Positions 48,520 through 57,474 of a stretch of 64,000 nucleotides of DNA are shown piece by piece. The DNA comes from an uncultured delta proteobacterium (GTDB lineage Bacteria > Desulfobacterota > Binatia > Binatales > Binataceae): NCBI GenBank assembly GCA_963724765.1, contig CAVRVY010000004.1, positions 1,312,001-1,376,000 of the forward strand, written 5' to 3'. The position numbers and the translations under genes were made by a program. Each line of letters starts with the position of its first letter. Positions within the stretch are counted from its first letter, which is position 1. The notes under the pieces are model-generated. The model was not told where the DNA came from and did not search any database. It saw only the letters and a list, made by a program, of their open reading frames with translations.

Positions 48520-48786
48520 ATGGCGAACAAGGGAACCTGCAAGGCCACAGATTGCAACCGCGAGGCGGTCGCGAGGCATTACTGCCGTATGCATTACCGG
48601 CTGTGGCGCCACGGCGAGATGCCCAAGCCGCGCTACAGAACCTGCACTTTCGAGAAATGCCGCAAAAAACGGGTTCGCGGCAGCCTGTGCGAGGAACACT
48701 GGACCGCAAAGCACGGCAAGGCGGCCGCGGCGGCCGTTCCGGCTGCGCCCGCCGCTCCGGCTGCGCCCGCGGCCGAAAGCGCGTAG
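48520..48786 (+). CDS. Small basic protein with two C-x4-C...C-x2-H repeats and an Ala/Pro tail
   Basis: CKATDC..YCRMH and CTFEKC..LCEEH; recalls myxobacterial 'vegetative protein'-type annotations. Confidence 0.75.
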   Translation: MANKGTCKATDCNREAVARHYCRMHYRLWRHGEMPKPRYRTCTFEKCRKKRVRGSLCEEHWTAKHGKAAAAAVPAAPAAPAAPAAESA

Positions 48787-48898
48787 CGAACCCCGGACTG
48801 GAGACTCGGATTCGCGCCGGGTCAATCTGGGCCGGGTCAGTCCGCGCTGCATCTGGCGGCTCGCGCCACGCTGGCGCCCCCGGATACGGAGAGGCACG

Positions 48899-49696
48899 AT
48901 GGCCAACCTGATTGTTGCTGGCGCAGCGGGCCGGATGGGCCGCCTGCTCACCTCGCTCATCGCACAGGATCGAACGCATCGCCTGGCCGGCGCGCTCGAG
49001 GCGCACGAGGCCCCGGCAGTCGGCAGCGACGCGGGCACGCTCGCCGGTGTGGGTCCGCTCGGCGTACCGATCACCGCGGATTACGCGGCGATTGCCAAGC
49101 CCGACACGATCACCCTCGATTTCACCATCGCGAGCGCCGCGCTCGAGCATCTTGAAGTAGCCGCCAGGACCGGCGCCGCGATCGTGCTGGGCACCACCGG
49201 CCTCACGCCCGAGATGGAAGCGCGGGCCCGCGAAATCGCGCCGCGCACGCGAACCGTTATCGCGCCCAACATGAGCGTCGGGGTCAACGTGCTGATGAAA
49301 ATTGTCGCCGAGGTTGCCAAAATTCTGCCCGACTTCGACGCCGAGGTGATCGAGATACATCATCGGACCAAGGTCGACGCGCCGAGCGGGACCGCGGTCG
49401 CACTGGGACGTATCATCGCGGCAGCGCGCGGTCAGGACTTCGCCGCCAACGCGATTTATGGACGCGAGGGGATAACCGGCGCGCGGCCGGCCGGGAAAAT
49501 CGCGGTGATGGCGCTGCGGGCGGGCGACGCGGTCGGCGACCACACCGTCATATTCGGCGGCCAGGGCGAGCGGCTGGAGCTTATCCATCGCTCCCAGAGC
49601 CGCGATTCGCTGGCGCGCGGGGCGCTGCGCGCGGCGGCATGGCTGGAGAAGCAGCCGCCGGGCCTGTATTCGATGCGCGACGTGCTGGGTCTGTAG
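48899..49696 (+). CDS. dapB: 4-hydroxy-tetrahydrodipicolinate reductase
   Basis: GAAGRMG, GTTG, APNMSVGVN, EIHHRTKVDAPSGTA. Confidence 0.96.
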   Translation: MANLIVAGAAGRMGRLLTSLIAQDRTHRLAGALEAHEAPAVGSDAGTLAGVGPLGVPITADYAAIAKPDTITLDFTIASAALEHLEVAARTGAAIVLGTTGLTPEMEARAREIAPRTRTVIAPNMSVGVNVLMKIVAEVAKILPDFDAEVIEIHHRTKVDAPSGTAVALGRIIAAARGQDFAANAIYGREGITGARPAGKIAVMALRAGDAVGDHTVIFGGQGERLELIHRSQSRDSLARGALRAAAWLEKQPPGLYSMRDVLGL

Positions 49697-49724
49697 GTCG
49701 TACCTTTAGGTCGGTCGATGCGGG

Positions 49725-49764
49725 CGGGGCGGGCGCATCTCGCGTGTGCCCGCCCCGGAGTTTT
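49725..49764 (+). terminator. Hairpin between convergent genes, probable terminator
   Basis: CGGGGCGGGCGCA-loop-TGTGCCCGCCCCG followed by GAGTTTT. Confidence 0.5.
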
Positions 49765-50721
49765 CTAGTTACGCCGCAGTTGCAGAACTTCCCAACGGTC
49801 GCGGAACCGCGCGAGCCATCCGCGATGCCGGGTTTCGAAATAGCTCAGCATCGCGACTATCGCCAGTACGTTGCCAACGAGGATCTTCCAGAATCCCAGT
49901 GCGGTAAGCGCCGCCTGATCGAAGAGCGCCAGCGCTCCGACGAAAAAGATCTCGAAGATCGCGAGCAGGAAAATCGCGGCGAGCGCGAAAACCGGCTCAT
50001 AGTCGGCCGCGAGCAAGAGCACCGCGGTCGCAATCCCGAACATCACAAAGATGAAGAAGTGCAGCGCCGTATAGCCCAGCACCAGGGGCAGCGTGACCCG
50101 CACCTGTCGCGGGTCGAAGATGCCCTGGAAGATCGCGGCGCCCATGAGCGCCGGCGTACGAAAGATCTCGCCCGCCGCGACATCGCAGACCAGGAACCAT
50201 ACCGCAACCACCACCGCGCCGATTATGCCCGCCAGCGCGCCCTCGCGGGCTACGCCCGTCCACGGGCCTTCCATACGACGCGCCAGCGTGGGATGGCGTT
50301 CGAGAAAAAACGCCAACATCGCCGACGTCGCCATCAGATCGCCGATCAGGAACTTCCACCACGGCAGCGACACGTGGGCGGACGGCCCGATCAGCATCAG
50401 GATCATGATGCAGAAGATCTCGAAGACCGGGACCAGCAGCATCATGGTCGGGAAGAGCGTCTCGTCGTACTCGGCAGTCTCGAGAATCACCGCGGCGACG
50501 ACTCCGATAAGTGCAAAGACGCAAAAATGGAAGATCAGCCGGCCGAGCATCAGCGCCGCGCCCGCCCGCGCGCCGCCGAACAGCGTCGCGGCCAGCGATC
50601 CAAGGGAACCGAGCGGCTGGCCCCTGGCAGCGTCGAAGATCAGGTACCACAACGCGATCACGAACGCGCCAATTATGCCCGCCACAGCGCCATCAACGAC
50701 CATGCGTACTCTCTGGTTCAT
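49765..50721 (-). CDS. Polytopic membrane protein with two homologous halves
   Basis: DGAVAGIIGA..WYL vs EGALAGIIGA..WFL; IFHF vs ALHF; FEIF twice; RBS AGGAGG. Confidence 0.85.
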   Translation of the reverse strand: MNQRVRMVVDGAVAGIIGAFVIALWYLIFDAARGQPLGSLGSLAATLFGGARAGAALMLGRLIFHFCVFALIGVVAAVILETAEYDETLFPTMMLLVPVFEIFCIMILMLIGPSAHVSLPWWKFLIGDLMATSAMLAFFLERHPTLARRMEGPWTGVAREGALAGIIGAVVVAVWFLVCDVAAGEIFRTPALMGAAIFQGIFDPRQVRVTLPLVLGYTALHFFIFVMFGIATAVLLLAADYEPVFALAAIFLLAIFEIFFVGALALFDQAALTALGFWKILVGNVLAIVAMLSYFETRHRGWLARFRDRWEVLQLRRN

Positions 50722-50949
50722 CGGATCCTCCTTTCCGAAGGGCGCCGAGAGCCAAGAGTGCCGCAAGGGGAAAACCATGCCGTCCGGAGCAAGCCGGCGG
50801 TGTCGCAAGCGGATGATGTAACTCTTGGGGGCCCAGGTCGGCGCCCTTAATTCCACCAATATGCCTTGCGCCAGAGTGAGGGAAGCGGGCCGGAAAAGAG
50901 CTTGGCCGTTTATGACGTAGCTATTTGCTACGTGAAAGCTTACTGAGTT

Positions 50950-51753
50950 TCAGGCGCGGGCGTTGCGTAACGGGCGCAGGACGCGCAATTCGGGCGCGCG
51001 GCGCAGGTTTACCGGCGGTACTTCGATTTCCTCGTCGCGCGCCCAGCGGAAGAAGATGAGCGTGGTGATGAGCATCAGATAGAAGCTGTCAGCGACCCAC
51101 ATCAGGATTCCGCCGATGACCTGATCCTGCCGCGGCGAGAGGCCGAACGGATGCGGCGCGACCGCATACCAAGGGTAGGTGACCGATTCGGCCAGCGTGA
51201 TTGGCGCCGCCACCGCGGTCATCGGCACCATCAGCAGGAACAGGTAGAGAATCTGCGCCGGGTAGCTAAGCCGCGGAAACTCCGCCATCGGGCTCAATAG
51301 CGGCCAGAACAGGATGGTGCCGCCGACCATGAAGGCGATGTGCACCGCGATATGAACGGCCGCGCTGGTCATCATCAGGTTGAAGACCGGCGGATCGTGG
51401 GCGAAGACGTAGATGGTGGTGAAGGTCACGAAGGCGACCACCGGGTTGGTGAAAAACCGCGCGAGCGGCCGGATCGGCCTACTCATCAGGACCGGCCGGA
51501 ACATCCAGTCCGGCACCGAGAGCAGTAACAGCGGCGGGATGATCCAGCTCTGAAACGAGTGCTCGAGCATGTGCGCCCAGAACGAGCGCTCGTCCGCCAG
51601 TTCGTCGAGCGGGCCGAAAGTGATGAGCATCGCCAGGATGAGCAGGCAGAAAAAGAATACCTGGCGCTGGGTGGGCCGGCGCTTGAGCTGCCGCGCCGCG
51701 AGCGTGTAGATGACCGCCAGCAGAACGATACCAATGGCTGCGGATGGGTCCAT
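50950..51753 (-). CDS. ctaG: caa3-type cytochrome c oxidase assembly factor CtaG
   Basis: FWAHMLEH..PPLLL, H.P, HIAVH..FWP, DQVIGGILMW. Confidence 0.88.
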   Translation of the reverse strand: MDPSAAIGIVLLAVIYTLAARQLKRRPTQRQVFFFCLLILAMLITFGPLDELADERSFWAHMLEHSFQSWIIPPLLLLSVPDWMFRPVLMSRPIRPLARFFTNPVVAFVTFTTIYVFAHDPPVFNLMMTSAAVHIAVHIAFMVGGTILFWPLLSPMAEFPRLSYPAQILYLFLLMVPMTAVAAPITLAESVTYPWYAVAPHPFGLSPRQDQVIGGILMWVADSFYLMLITTLIFFRWARDEEIEVPPVNLRRAPELRVLRPLRNARA

Positions 51754-51805
51754 TTTTAAAATCTACGTTGAGCCGGCTTACGTTCCAAGCCTGGCCCGGA
51801 TTGAT

Positions 51806-52153
51806 TCAAAGAGCCAGACGACCCTCGAGCGCTGAGAAGATCATCAACAGGGCGGCGCCGATGAAACATGCAAGGATCAGCGGGAAAACGAAAAAGATGG
51901 TGAAGATTTTTTGGTCGTAATAGAGATGCATGTAGAATCCGCCGACCAGAAGGAACTTGGCGATCGCCAGCAGGATCAGAATCGGCACTAGCAACGGCTG
52001 CAGGAAGCTGACGTAATATACCGCCAATTCCATCAGGGTCAGGATCACCAGCGCGACCGCGATGATCGCGTAGAGTGCAGGCCCCGGATGCCCGGATACG
52101 TGCTCGCCCGGCACAAACTGCTCGTGTCCAGCCGCCGCTACATTCTCGCTCAT
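51806..52153 (-). CDS. ctaF: Cytochrome c oxidase subunit IV
   Basis: LVILTLME, AKFLLVGGFYMHL; 3 TMs. Confidence 0.88.
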   Translation of the reverse strand: MSENVAAAGHEQFVPGEHVSGHPGPALYAIIAVALVILTLMELAVYYVSFLQPLLVPILILLAIAKFLLVGGFYMHLYYDQKIFTIFFVFPLILACFIGAALLMIFSALEGRLAL

Positions 52154-54645
52154 GCGTTATGCACCGACCTCATCAGGTAGATCAAAGTGAAGATCAAGAT
52201 CCAGACCACGTCAACGAAGTGCCAATAGAGCCCGACGATTTCGACCGAGAGCGCCCTCGATTTACCCGCCCTGCCGGTGGCCGAGGCGACCGCCATCACT
52301 ATCAGCCAGATGACCCCGATCGCGACGTGGGTGCCATGCGTGCCGACCAGCGTATAGAAGGTCTGGCCGAAGATGCTGCCCTGCATCGAGAGATGGTCGT
52401 GCAGGAAGAGGGTCGAAAACTCGTAGTACTGACCGCCCAAGAAGATCAATCCGAAGAAAGCGGTCCCGGACAGCCAGATGGTCGACCACTTTTGATCGCC
52501 GCGCTGCGTGGCGGCCAGCGCCAACACCATCAGAAAGCTCGACATCAGCAGGATGAAGGTGCTGAACGAGGTCAGCGGGATGTTGAGCACTTCAGCGCCG
52601 ATACCTACGTTGCGCGGCTTGTAGACCATGTAGGTCGAGATGAGACAGGCGAAAAATACGCACTCGGAACCGAGGAACGCCCACATCCCGGCCTTGCGAT
52701 GGTCGATGCCGCGATAGGTCGGCGGATCCTCGTGGACGTGCTCCTCGCCATGGTCCGGGTACTCGAACGCCATCCCGATGATCGAGAAGAACAGCAGGAG
52801 AGCGGCGAGCACGTCGATCCTGATCCAGTTCATCATCGCGCCCGCCCCGCCGACCACCAGGCCAAGCGCGAACAACAGCGGGTACAGCGATGGCGCGGGC
52901 ATGTGAGGCGTGCCGTGCCCGGAAGTATCGTGAAGCTCGGCGACGACCGGCGCGCCGGCTCCCGAAGTCTCGCCGTGAGCGGGCATGCTGGCGTGGCCGT
53001 GGCCCTCGACCATCACGCCGTACTTTTCGGCCCACAACGCGTCGCGGCCACGAACCAACGGTACGGTTTCAAAATTATAGGGTGGTGGCGGTGAGGGAGT
53101 CGCCCACTCCAAAGTGCGCGCGTCCCACGGATCGGCCTCGGCCTTCTCGCCGTAAAACAGGCTCGCGATGATGTTGTAGGCGAAAATCACGAAGGTGAGG
53201 AACAGCAGGTAGGCACAGGCCGTCTCGAATCCGTTCCAGAAATCCCATCCCATTCCTGGCGCATAGGTGTAGATGCGCCGCGGCATGCCCCATACGCCGA
53301 GAAAGTGCATCGGAAAAAAAGTGCCGTTGAAGCCGACGATGGTCAGCCAGAACTGCCACTTGCCCATCTTCTCGTTGAGCAGCCGGCCCGTGATCTTGGG
53401 CCACCAGTAATAGAATCCGCCCAGGATCGCGAACATCATCCCGCCGAACAGCACATAGTGGAAATGCGCGACCACGAAGTAGGTGTCGGTCTGCTGGAGG
53501 TCGATCGGCACGCTGGCGTGCATGACTCCGCTCAGTCCGCCCAGCGTAAACTCGAGGACCGCGGCGATGCCGAAGTAGAACGCGACCTTCATCCTCAACG
53601 AGCCGCCCCAAACGGTCGCAACCCAGCTGAAAATCTTGATCCCGGTGGGAATCGCGATCAGCATCGTGGTGATCGCAAACGTCGAGTCCGCCACCGGACC
53701 CATCCCGGTCGCGAACATGTGATGCCCCCACACGCCGTACGACAAAAACCCGATCAGCACCATCGAGTACGCCATCCCGGCATAGCCGAACAGGGGCTTG
53801 CGCGAGAACACCGGCAGAATCTCCGACATCATCCCGAAGGCCGGCAGCGCCATGATGTAGACCTCGGGATGGCCGAACAGCCAGAACAGGTGCTGCCACA
53901 GGATCGGCGTGGCGCCCAACTCCACCACGTAGAAGTGCGTGCCGATGAAGCGGTCGAGGAACAGGAAGAGCAGGCCCACCGTCAGACACGGGAAGGCGAG
54001 CAGGATGAGGATGGTGGTCACCAGCATCGCCCACATGAACATCGGCATCCGCATGAAGGTCATGCCGCGGGCGCGCATATTGACGATGGTGACGAAGAAG
54101 TTGAGGCCGCTCAGCAGGGTCGAGATGCCGAGGATGAGCAGGCCGATATTCCACAAGTCGATGTTTATGCCCGAGGAGTAAGGGCGCTCGGTCAAATTGG
54201 CATAGCCGAACCATCCCGCGTCGGGCAGCGACAGGTTGAGCCATCCGAGATTCATGAACAGCGCGCCGAACAGGAAGACCCAGAAGCTCAGCGCGTTGAG
54301 CCGCGGAAAAGCGACGTCACGGGCGCCAATCTGGAGCGGGATGAGGAAGTTCGCGAAAAACCCCAGCTCCAGCGGCATGACCACCATGAAAATCATGGTC
54401 GTGCCGTGCATCGTGAACATCTGGTTGTACGTGTTGGCTGAGAGGAAGGTGTTGTTCGGCACCGCGAGTTGCGTCCGGATGGCCATCGCTTCGAGGCCGC
54501 CGATGAGCATAAAGGCGAGCGAGGCCACGAGATACAGGATCGCGACGCGCTTATGATCGACAGTGGTCAGCCAACTGTAAATCCCCGACTCGGCCGTCAG
54601 GTAATTGTAATGTTCCAGCGGAAGCTGTTTGGGTTGCGCAGCCAT
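52150..54645 (-). CDS. ctaD: Cytochrome c oxidase fused subunits I+III (A1-type heme-copper oxidase)
   Basis: TVDHK, TMHG, GHPEVY, WGHHM, AHFHY, GMPRR; C-terminal subunit III motifs FLGSE, LVGTHGTHV, LYWHFVD. Confidence 0.95.
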   Translation of the reverse strand: MAAQPKQLPLEHYNYLTAESGIYSWLTTVDHKRVAILYLVASLAFMLIGGLEAMAIRTQLAVPNNTFLSANTYNQMFTMHGTTMIFMVVMPLELGFFANFLIPLQIGARDVAFPRLNALSFWVFLFGALFMNLGWLNLSLPDAGWFGYANLTERPYSSGINIDLWNIGLLILGISTLLSGLNFFVTIVNMRARGMTFMRMPMFMWAMLVTTILILLAFPCLTVGLLFLFLDRFIGTHFYVVELGATPILWQHLFWLFGHPEVYIMALPAFGMMSEILPVFSRKPLFGYAGMAYSMVLIGFLSYGVWGHHMFATGMGPVADSTFAITTMLIAIPTGIKIFSWVATVWGGSLRMKVAFYFGIAAVLEFTLGGLSGVMHASVPIDLQQTDTYFVVAHFHYVLFGGMMFAILGGFYYWWPKITGRLLNEKMGKWQFWLTIVGFNGTFFPMHFLGVWGMPRRIYTYAPGMGWDFWNGFETACAYLLFLTFVIFAYNIIASLFYGEKAEADPWDARTLEWATPSPPPPYNFETVPLVRGRDALWAEKYGVMVEGHGHASMPAHGETSGAGAPVVAELHDTSGHGTPHMPAPSLYPLLFALGLVVGGAGAMMNWIRIDVLAALLLFFSIIGMAFEYPDHGEEHVHEDPPTYRGIDHRKAGMWAFLGSECVFFACLISTYMVYKPRNVGIGAEVLNIPLTSFSTFILLMSSFLMVLALAATQRGDQKWSTIWLSGTAFFGLIFLGGQYYEFSTLFLHDHLSMQGSIFGQTFYTLVGTHGTHVAIGVIWLIVMAVASATGRAGKSRALSVEIVGLYWHFVDVVWILIFTLIYLMRSVHNA

Positions 54646-54655
54646 TGCCCTATAC

Positions 54656-55699
54656 CTACTTCAGGCTCTCGAGATAAGCGACGAGGTCATTAAGGTCTTT
54701 GCCCTTCAATCCGAGCGTGGGCATGTTGGCCCCGGGTTTAACCTTGTCCGGGTCCTGAATCCACTTGGCCAGGTTCTCCGGCGTGTTTTCCAAGATACTG
54801 CCCGCCAGCGTCGTGCGCGAGCCGAAATGCGTCAAGTCGGGGCCCTTGAAGTTACCGCTATATTGCGAGGAAAAGCCCGAAAGACCTCTGACCGTATGAC
54901 AGATCGCGCAGGGCGCGTTGGCGAAAATCTGCGCGCCAGCCGCGGCCGACCCGCCCGTAGGCGTCACCGGCGGCGATTGCTGTTGCTTGACCCATTTGTC
55001 GAAATCGTCCTTGGTCTGGACGAAGGCGCGCAGACGCATGTTGGCGTGTGAATCACCGCAGAACTCGACGCACTGTCCATAAAACATGCCGAGTTGGTCG
55101 GGCGTGTAGGTTATCGAATTGATCTGACCCGGCACCACGTCGCGCTTGCCGCCCAGGGTCGGAACCCAGAAGCTGTGAATGATGTCCGCCGACTCCATCG
55201 AGAAGTGAACCATGCGTCCGGCTTGAAGATGAACTTCGTCGGCGGTGTCGATATTGTACTGCGGATACTGGAACTCCCACCACCATTGATGCGCGATCAC
55301 CTTGACGGCCAAGGCGTCGGCCGGCCATTGGTCGGGCTGCGTCGCCCAGATGGTGCGGATGGTCGGCACCGTGATGAAAACCAGGATGAGCGCGGGAATC
55401 GCGGTCCACGCGACCTCCAAGCGGATGTCAGACGTCACCGTGGACGGTTCGCCGGGCTCGCCAACGCGGGTCGAGAACCAGAAAATCGCCAGGAACATCA
55501 CCGTGACCACGATCAGCATGATTACGAAGTCGATCCAGTTGACGAAGACGTAGATCGAGTGGATCCGCCGTGCGAAGTCGGACCCGCGGCTGAGCGTGTC
55601 CATCGGGTAACTCGGCGAGCAGCCCATCATACCCGCCGTCAGCGCCACGATGACGCTTACCAGCGAAGCCCTGTTGGTGAACCGAGCCAGAGGCTTCAT
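54656..55699 (-). CDS. ctaC: Cytochrome c oxidase subunit II with C-terminal cytochrome c (caa3 type)
   Basis: QWWWEF, DIIHSFW, CuA motif CVEFCGDSHANM, heme c CAICH..PGANMP; N-terminal lipoprotein-like Cys. Confidence 0.95.
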   Translation of the reverse strand: MKPLARFTNRASLVSVIVALTAGMMGCSPSYPMDTLSRGSDFARRIHSIYVFVNWIDFVIMLIVVTVMFLAIFWFSTRVGEPGEPSTVTSDIRLEVAWTAIPALILVFITVPTIRTIWATQPDQWPADALAVKVIAHQWWWEFQYPQYNIDTADEVHLQAGRMVHFSMESADIIHSFWVPTLGGKRDVVPGQINSITYTPDQLGMFYGQCVEFCGDSHANMRLRAFVQTKDDFDKWVKQQQSPPVTPTGGSAAAGAQIFANAPCAICHTVRGLSGFSSQYSGNFKGPDLTHFGSRTTLAGSILENTPENLAKWIQDPDKVKPGANMPTLGLKGKDLNDLVAYLESLK

Positions 55700-56910
55700 C
55701 AGTGCGATTCTCCGATCGGCTCCATCGCTGCCGCCGATGCCATTTTCAAGCCGGGATAAGAGCATAGCCAAAAAGCGCCAAGGAATCCGGCCGTGACCAG
55801 GATCTCGATCCATCCGAACGGAACCGTCCGCGGTGAGAGCGAGGGCACGACCAGTACGTAAATCTCAGACCAGATACCGACCATTCCAAGCAACGCCACG
55901 GTGCCCAGAATCGCGGGCGTTTTCTTGGGCCGGATTCCCAGCAAGACGACGAACGGGATGGCCCACACCAGGGTCACCGTCATCCACGACATAAAAGCCC
56001 ACGGCATGTAGTGCACGCGCAAGGCGATGAAGAAGGTCTCCATCGGGATGTCGGCATACCAGATTACAATATACTGGGCGAACAGCGTGTAAACCCAGAA
56101 GACCGAAAACGCAAATACCATCAGCCCCAGGTCGCGCATGATGCGGCCTTCGGTGAAGATGTTACCCTTGCCCAGCGCGCGCCGCAGGCAGACCGCCGTG
56201 AACGCCATCGTGACGATCCCGCTCCAGAACGTGCCGGCGAAAAACCACCAGCCAAACAGCGTCGAATGCCACAGCGGCGACAGCGACATCACCAAGTCGA
56301 AGGAGAGCAACGAATAAACCACCGCGAAGCAGATGCACACCGCGGGCGCCAGCCGGCGTATCTTCGGCGGCGGCATCAGGATATCGGCCGAACTCTCCGC
56401 CCACTTGCGGGCCTCCGGGCCGCGCGAGACCGATAGGAACGACAGGCTCAAAAGCGTCATCACGGCGAGCGCGATACCGTCGCGGGCGAACAGGAACGGC
56501 ACGTTGAGCCACGCCGACTTGGACGGGATCGGATGCTGAATCCAGGGGAAGATCGATTCACGGCCCAGGAACAGAAACCAGAACAGGATGAATCCCGGGA
56601 TAAGAAAGCCGCTGAAGGCCTCGGCCAGGCGATAATGCGCGCGGCCGGCCCAACGTCCCTGGGTTAGGTAAAAGGCGGCGGAAACAACCACGCCACCCTG
56701 CGCGACCCCCAGCCAGAACAGCAGGTTGACCAGGAATACCTCCCACGCGCGCTGGGCGAGGCCGTGCGTGGCGGCGATGGCGAAGGCGATCAGCCCCAGC
56801 ACGATCAGCACATAGGCGATCGTGGTCAGCGGCTGCGCCGGCAGGTTGGCCGCAGGAGGCGTTCCCGAAGCGCCGGAGCGATGCGAAGCGGTCTCAGAGT
56901 TGGGGCTCAT
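55699..56910 (-). CDS. actF: Alternative complex III subunit ActF (NrfD-like)
   Basis: About 10 TMs, WLNVPFLFAR, FDLVMSL.P.WHSTLFG, YIVIWYADIP.E. Confidence 0.88.
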   Translation of the reverse strand: MSPNSETASHRSGASGTPPAANLPAQPLTTIAYVLIVLGLIAFAIAATHGLAQRAWEVFLVNLLFWLGVAQGGVVVSAAFYLTQGRWAGRAHYRLAEAFSGFLIPGFILFWFLFLGRESIFPWIQHPIPSKSAWLNVPFLFARDGIALAVMTLLSLSFLSVSRGPEARKWAESSADILMPPPKIRRLAPAVCICFAVVYSLLSFDLVMSLSPLWHSTLFGWWFFAGTFWSGIVTMAFTAVCLRRALGKGNIFTEGRIMRDLGLMVFAFSVFWVYTLFAQYIVIWYADIPMETFFIALRVHYMPWAFMSWMTVTLVWAIPFVVLLGIRPKKTPAILGTVALLGMVGIWSEIYVLVVPSLSPRTVPFGWIEILVTAGFLGAFWLCSYPGLKMASAAAMEPIGESH

Positions 56911-56964
56911 TCGTTATTCCAGGGCTCGTGATTCCAAGGCTCGTTGTAATGCGGACAGCATGCG

Positions 56965-57474
56965 CTAGGCCGCCTCACGCGTGATCTCCTGAGCGCCGGC
57001 CTCGCGCAACATCGACTCGAAGCGCGGCGCGTCATCTTCGGCGCAGCGCACCACCAGGCCAAACTCGTCGCTCGAAAAACGTGAGCGATAGCCGCTCAGC
57101 GGCTCGAAGCTCGGCAGGTTGGCGAGCAGGATCCAGCTGGTCAGGGCCGAAATGCCGCCGAACAGCACCATCAGTTCGAAGGCGATGATGATGTATGGGG
57201 GCAGCGAAGCGATCGGTTTGCCGCCGGTGACCAGGTTCCACTCCAGTGAGGTGCCGATGGTCAGCGTAAAGGCCGTGACAATGCCACTGATTCCTCCCAG
57301 CAGCACGAACCAGCGCACGAAACTCGACCGCTTGTAGATGGCCTTGTTGATGTGCTCGCTCGGGATCGGCGAGAAGACGCGAAATTGCGTCTGGGCCGCC
57401 TGGAGCTGTCCGATGCAGTGGACCAGCCGCTCCTCCTCGGTAAATGCGCCTACCAGTTCGACTTCTGCACTCAT
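56965..57474 (-). CDS. actD: Alternative complex III subunit ActD (DUF3341)
   Basis: FSPIP, GGKP..SLP, FELMVLF, RFSSDEF. Confidence 0.88.
   Translation of the reverse strand: MSAEVELVGAFTEEERLVHCIGQLQAAQTQFRVFSPIPSEHINKAIYKRSSFVRWFVLLGGISGIVTAFTLTIGTSLEWNLVTGGKPIASLPPYIIIAFELMVLFGGISALTSWILLANLPSFEPLSGYRSRFSSDEFGLVVRCAEDDAPRFESMLREAGAQEITREAA

Noticed and set aside
50915-50933. ACGTAGC-N5-GCTACGT inverted repeat after ctaG
   Set aside because: Could be a weak terminator or an operator; too short to assign
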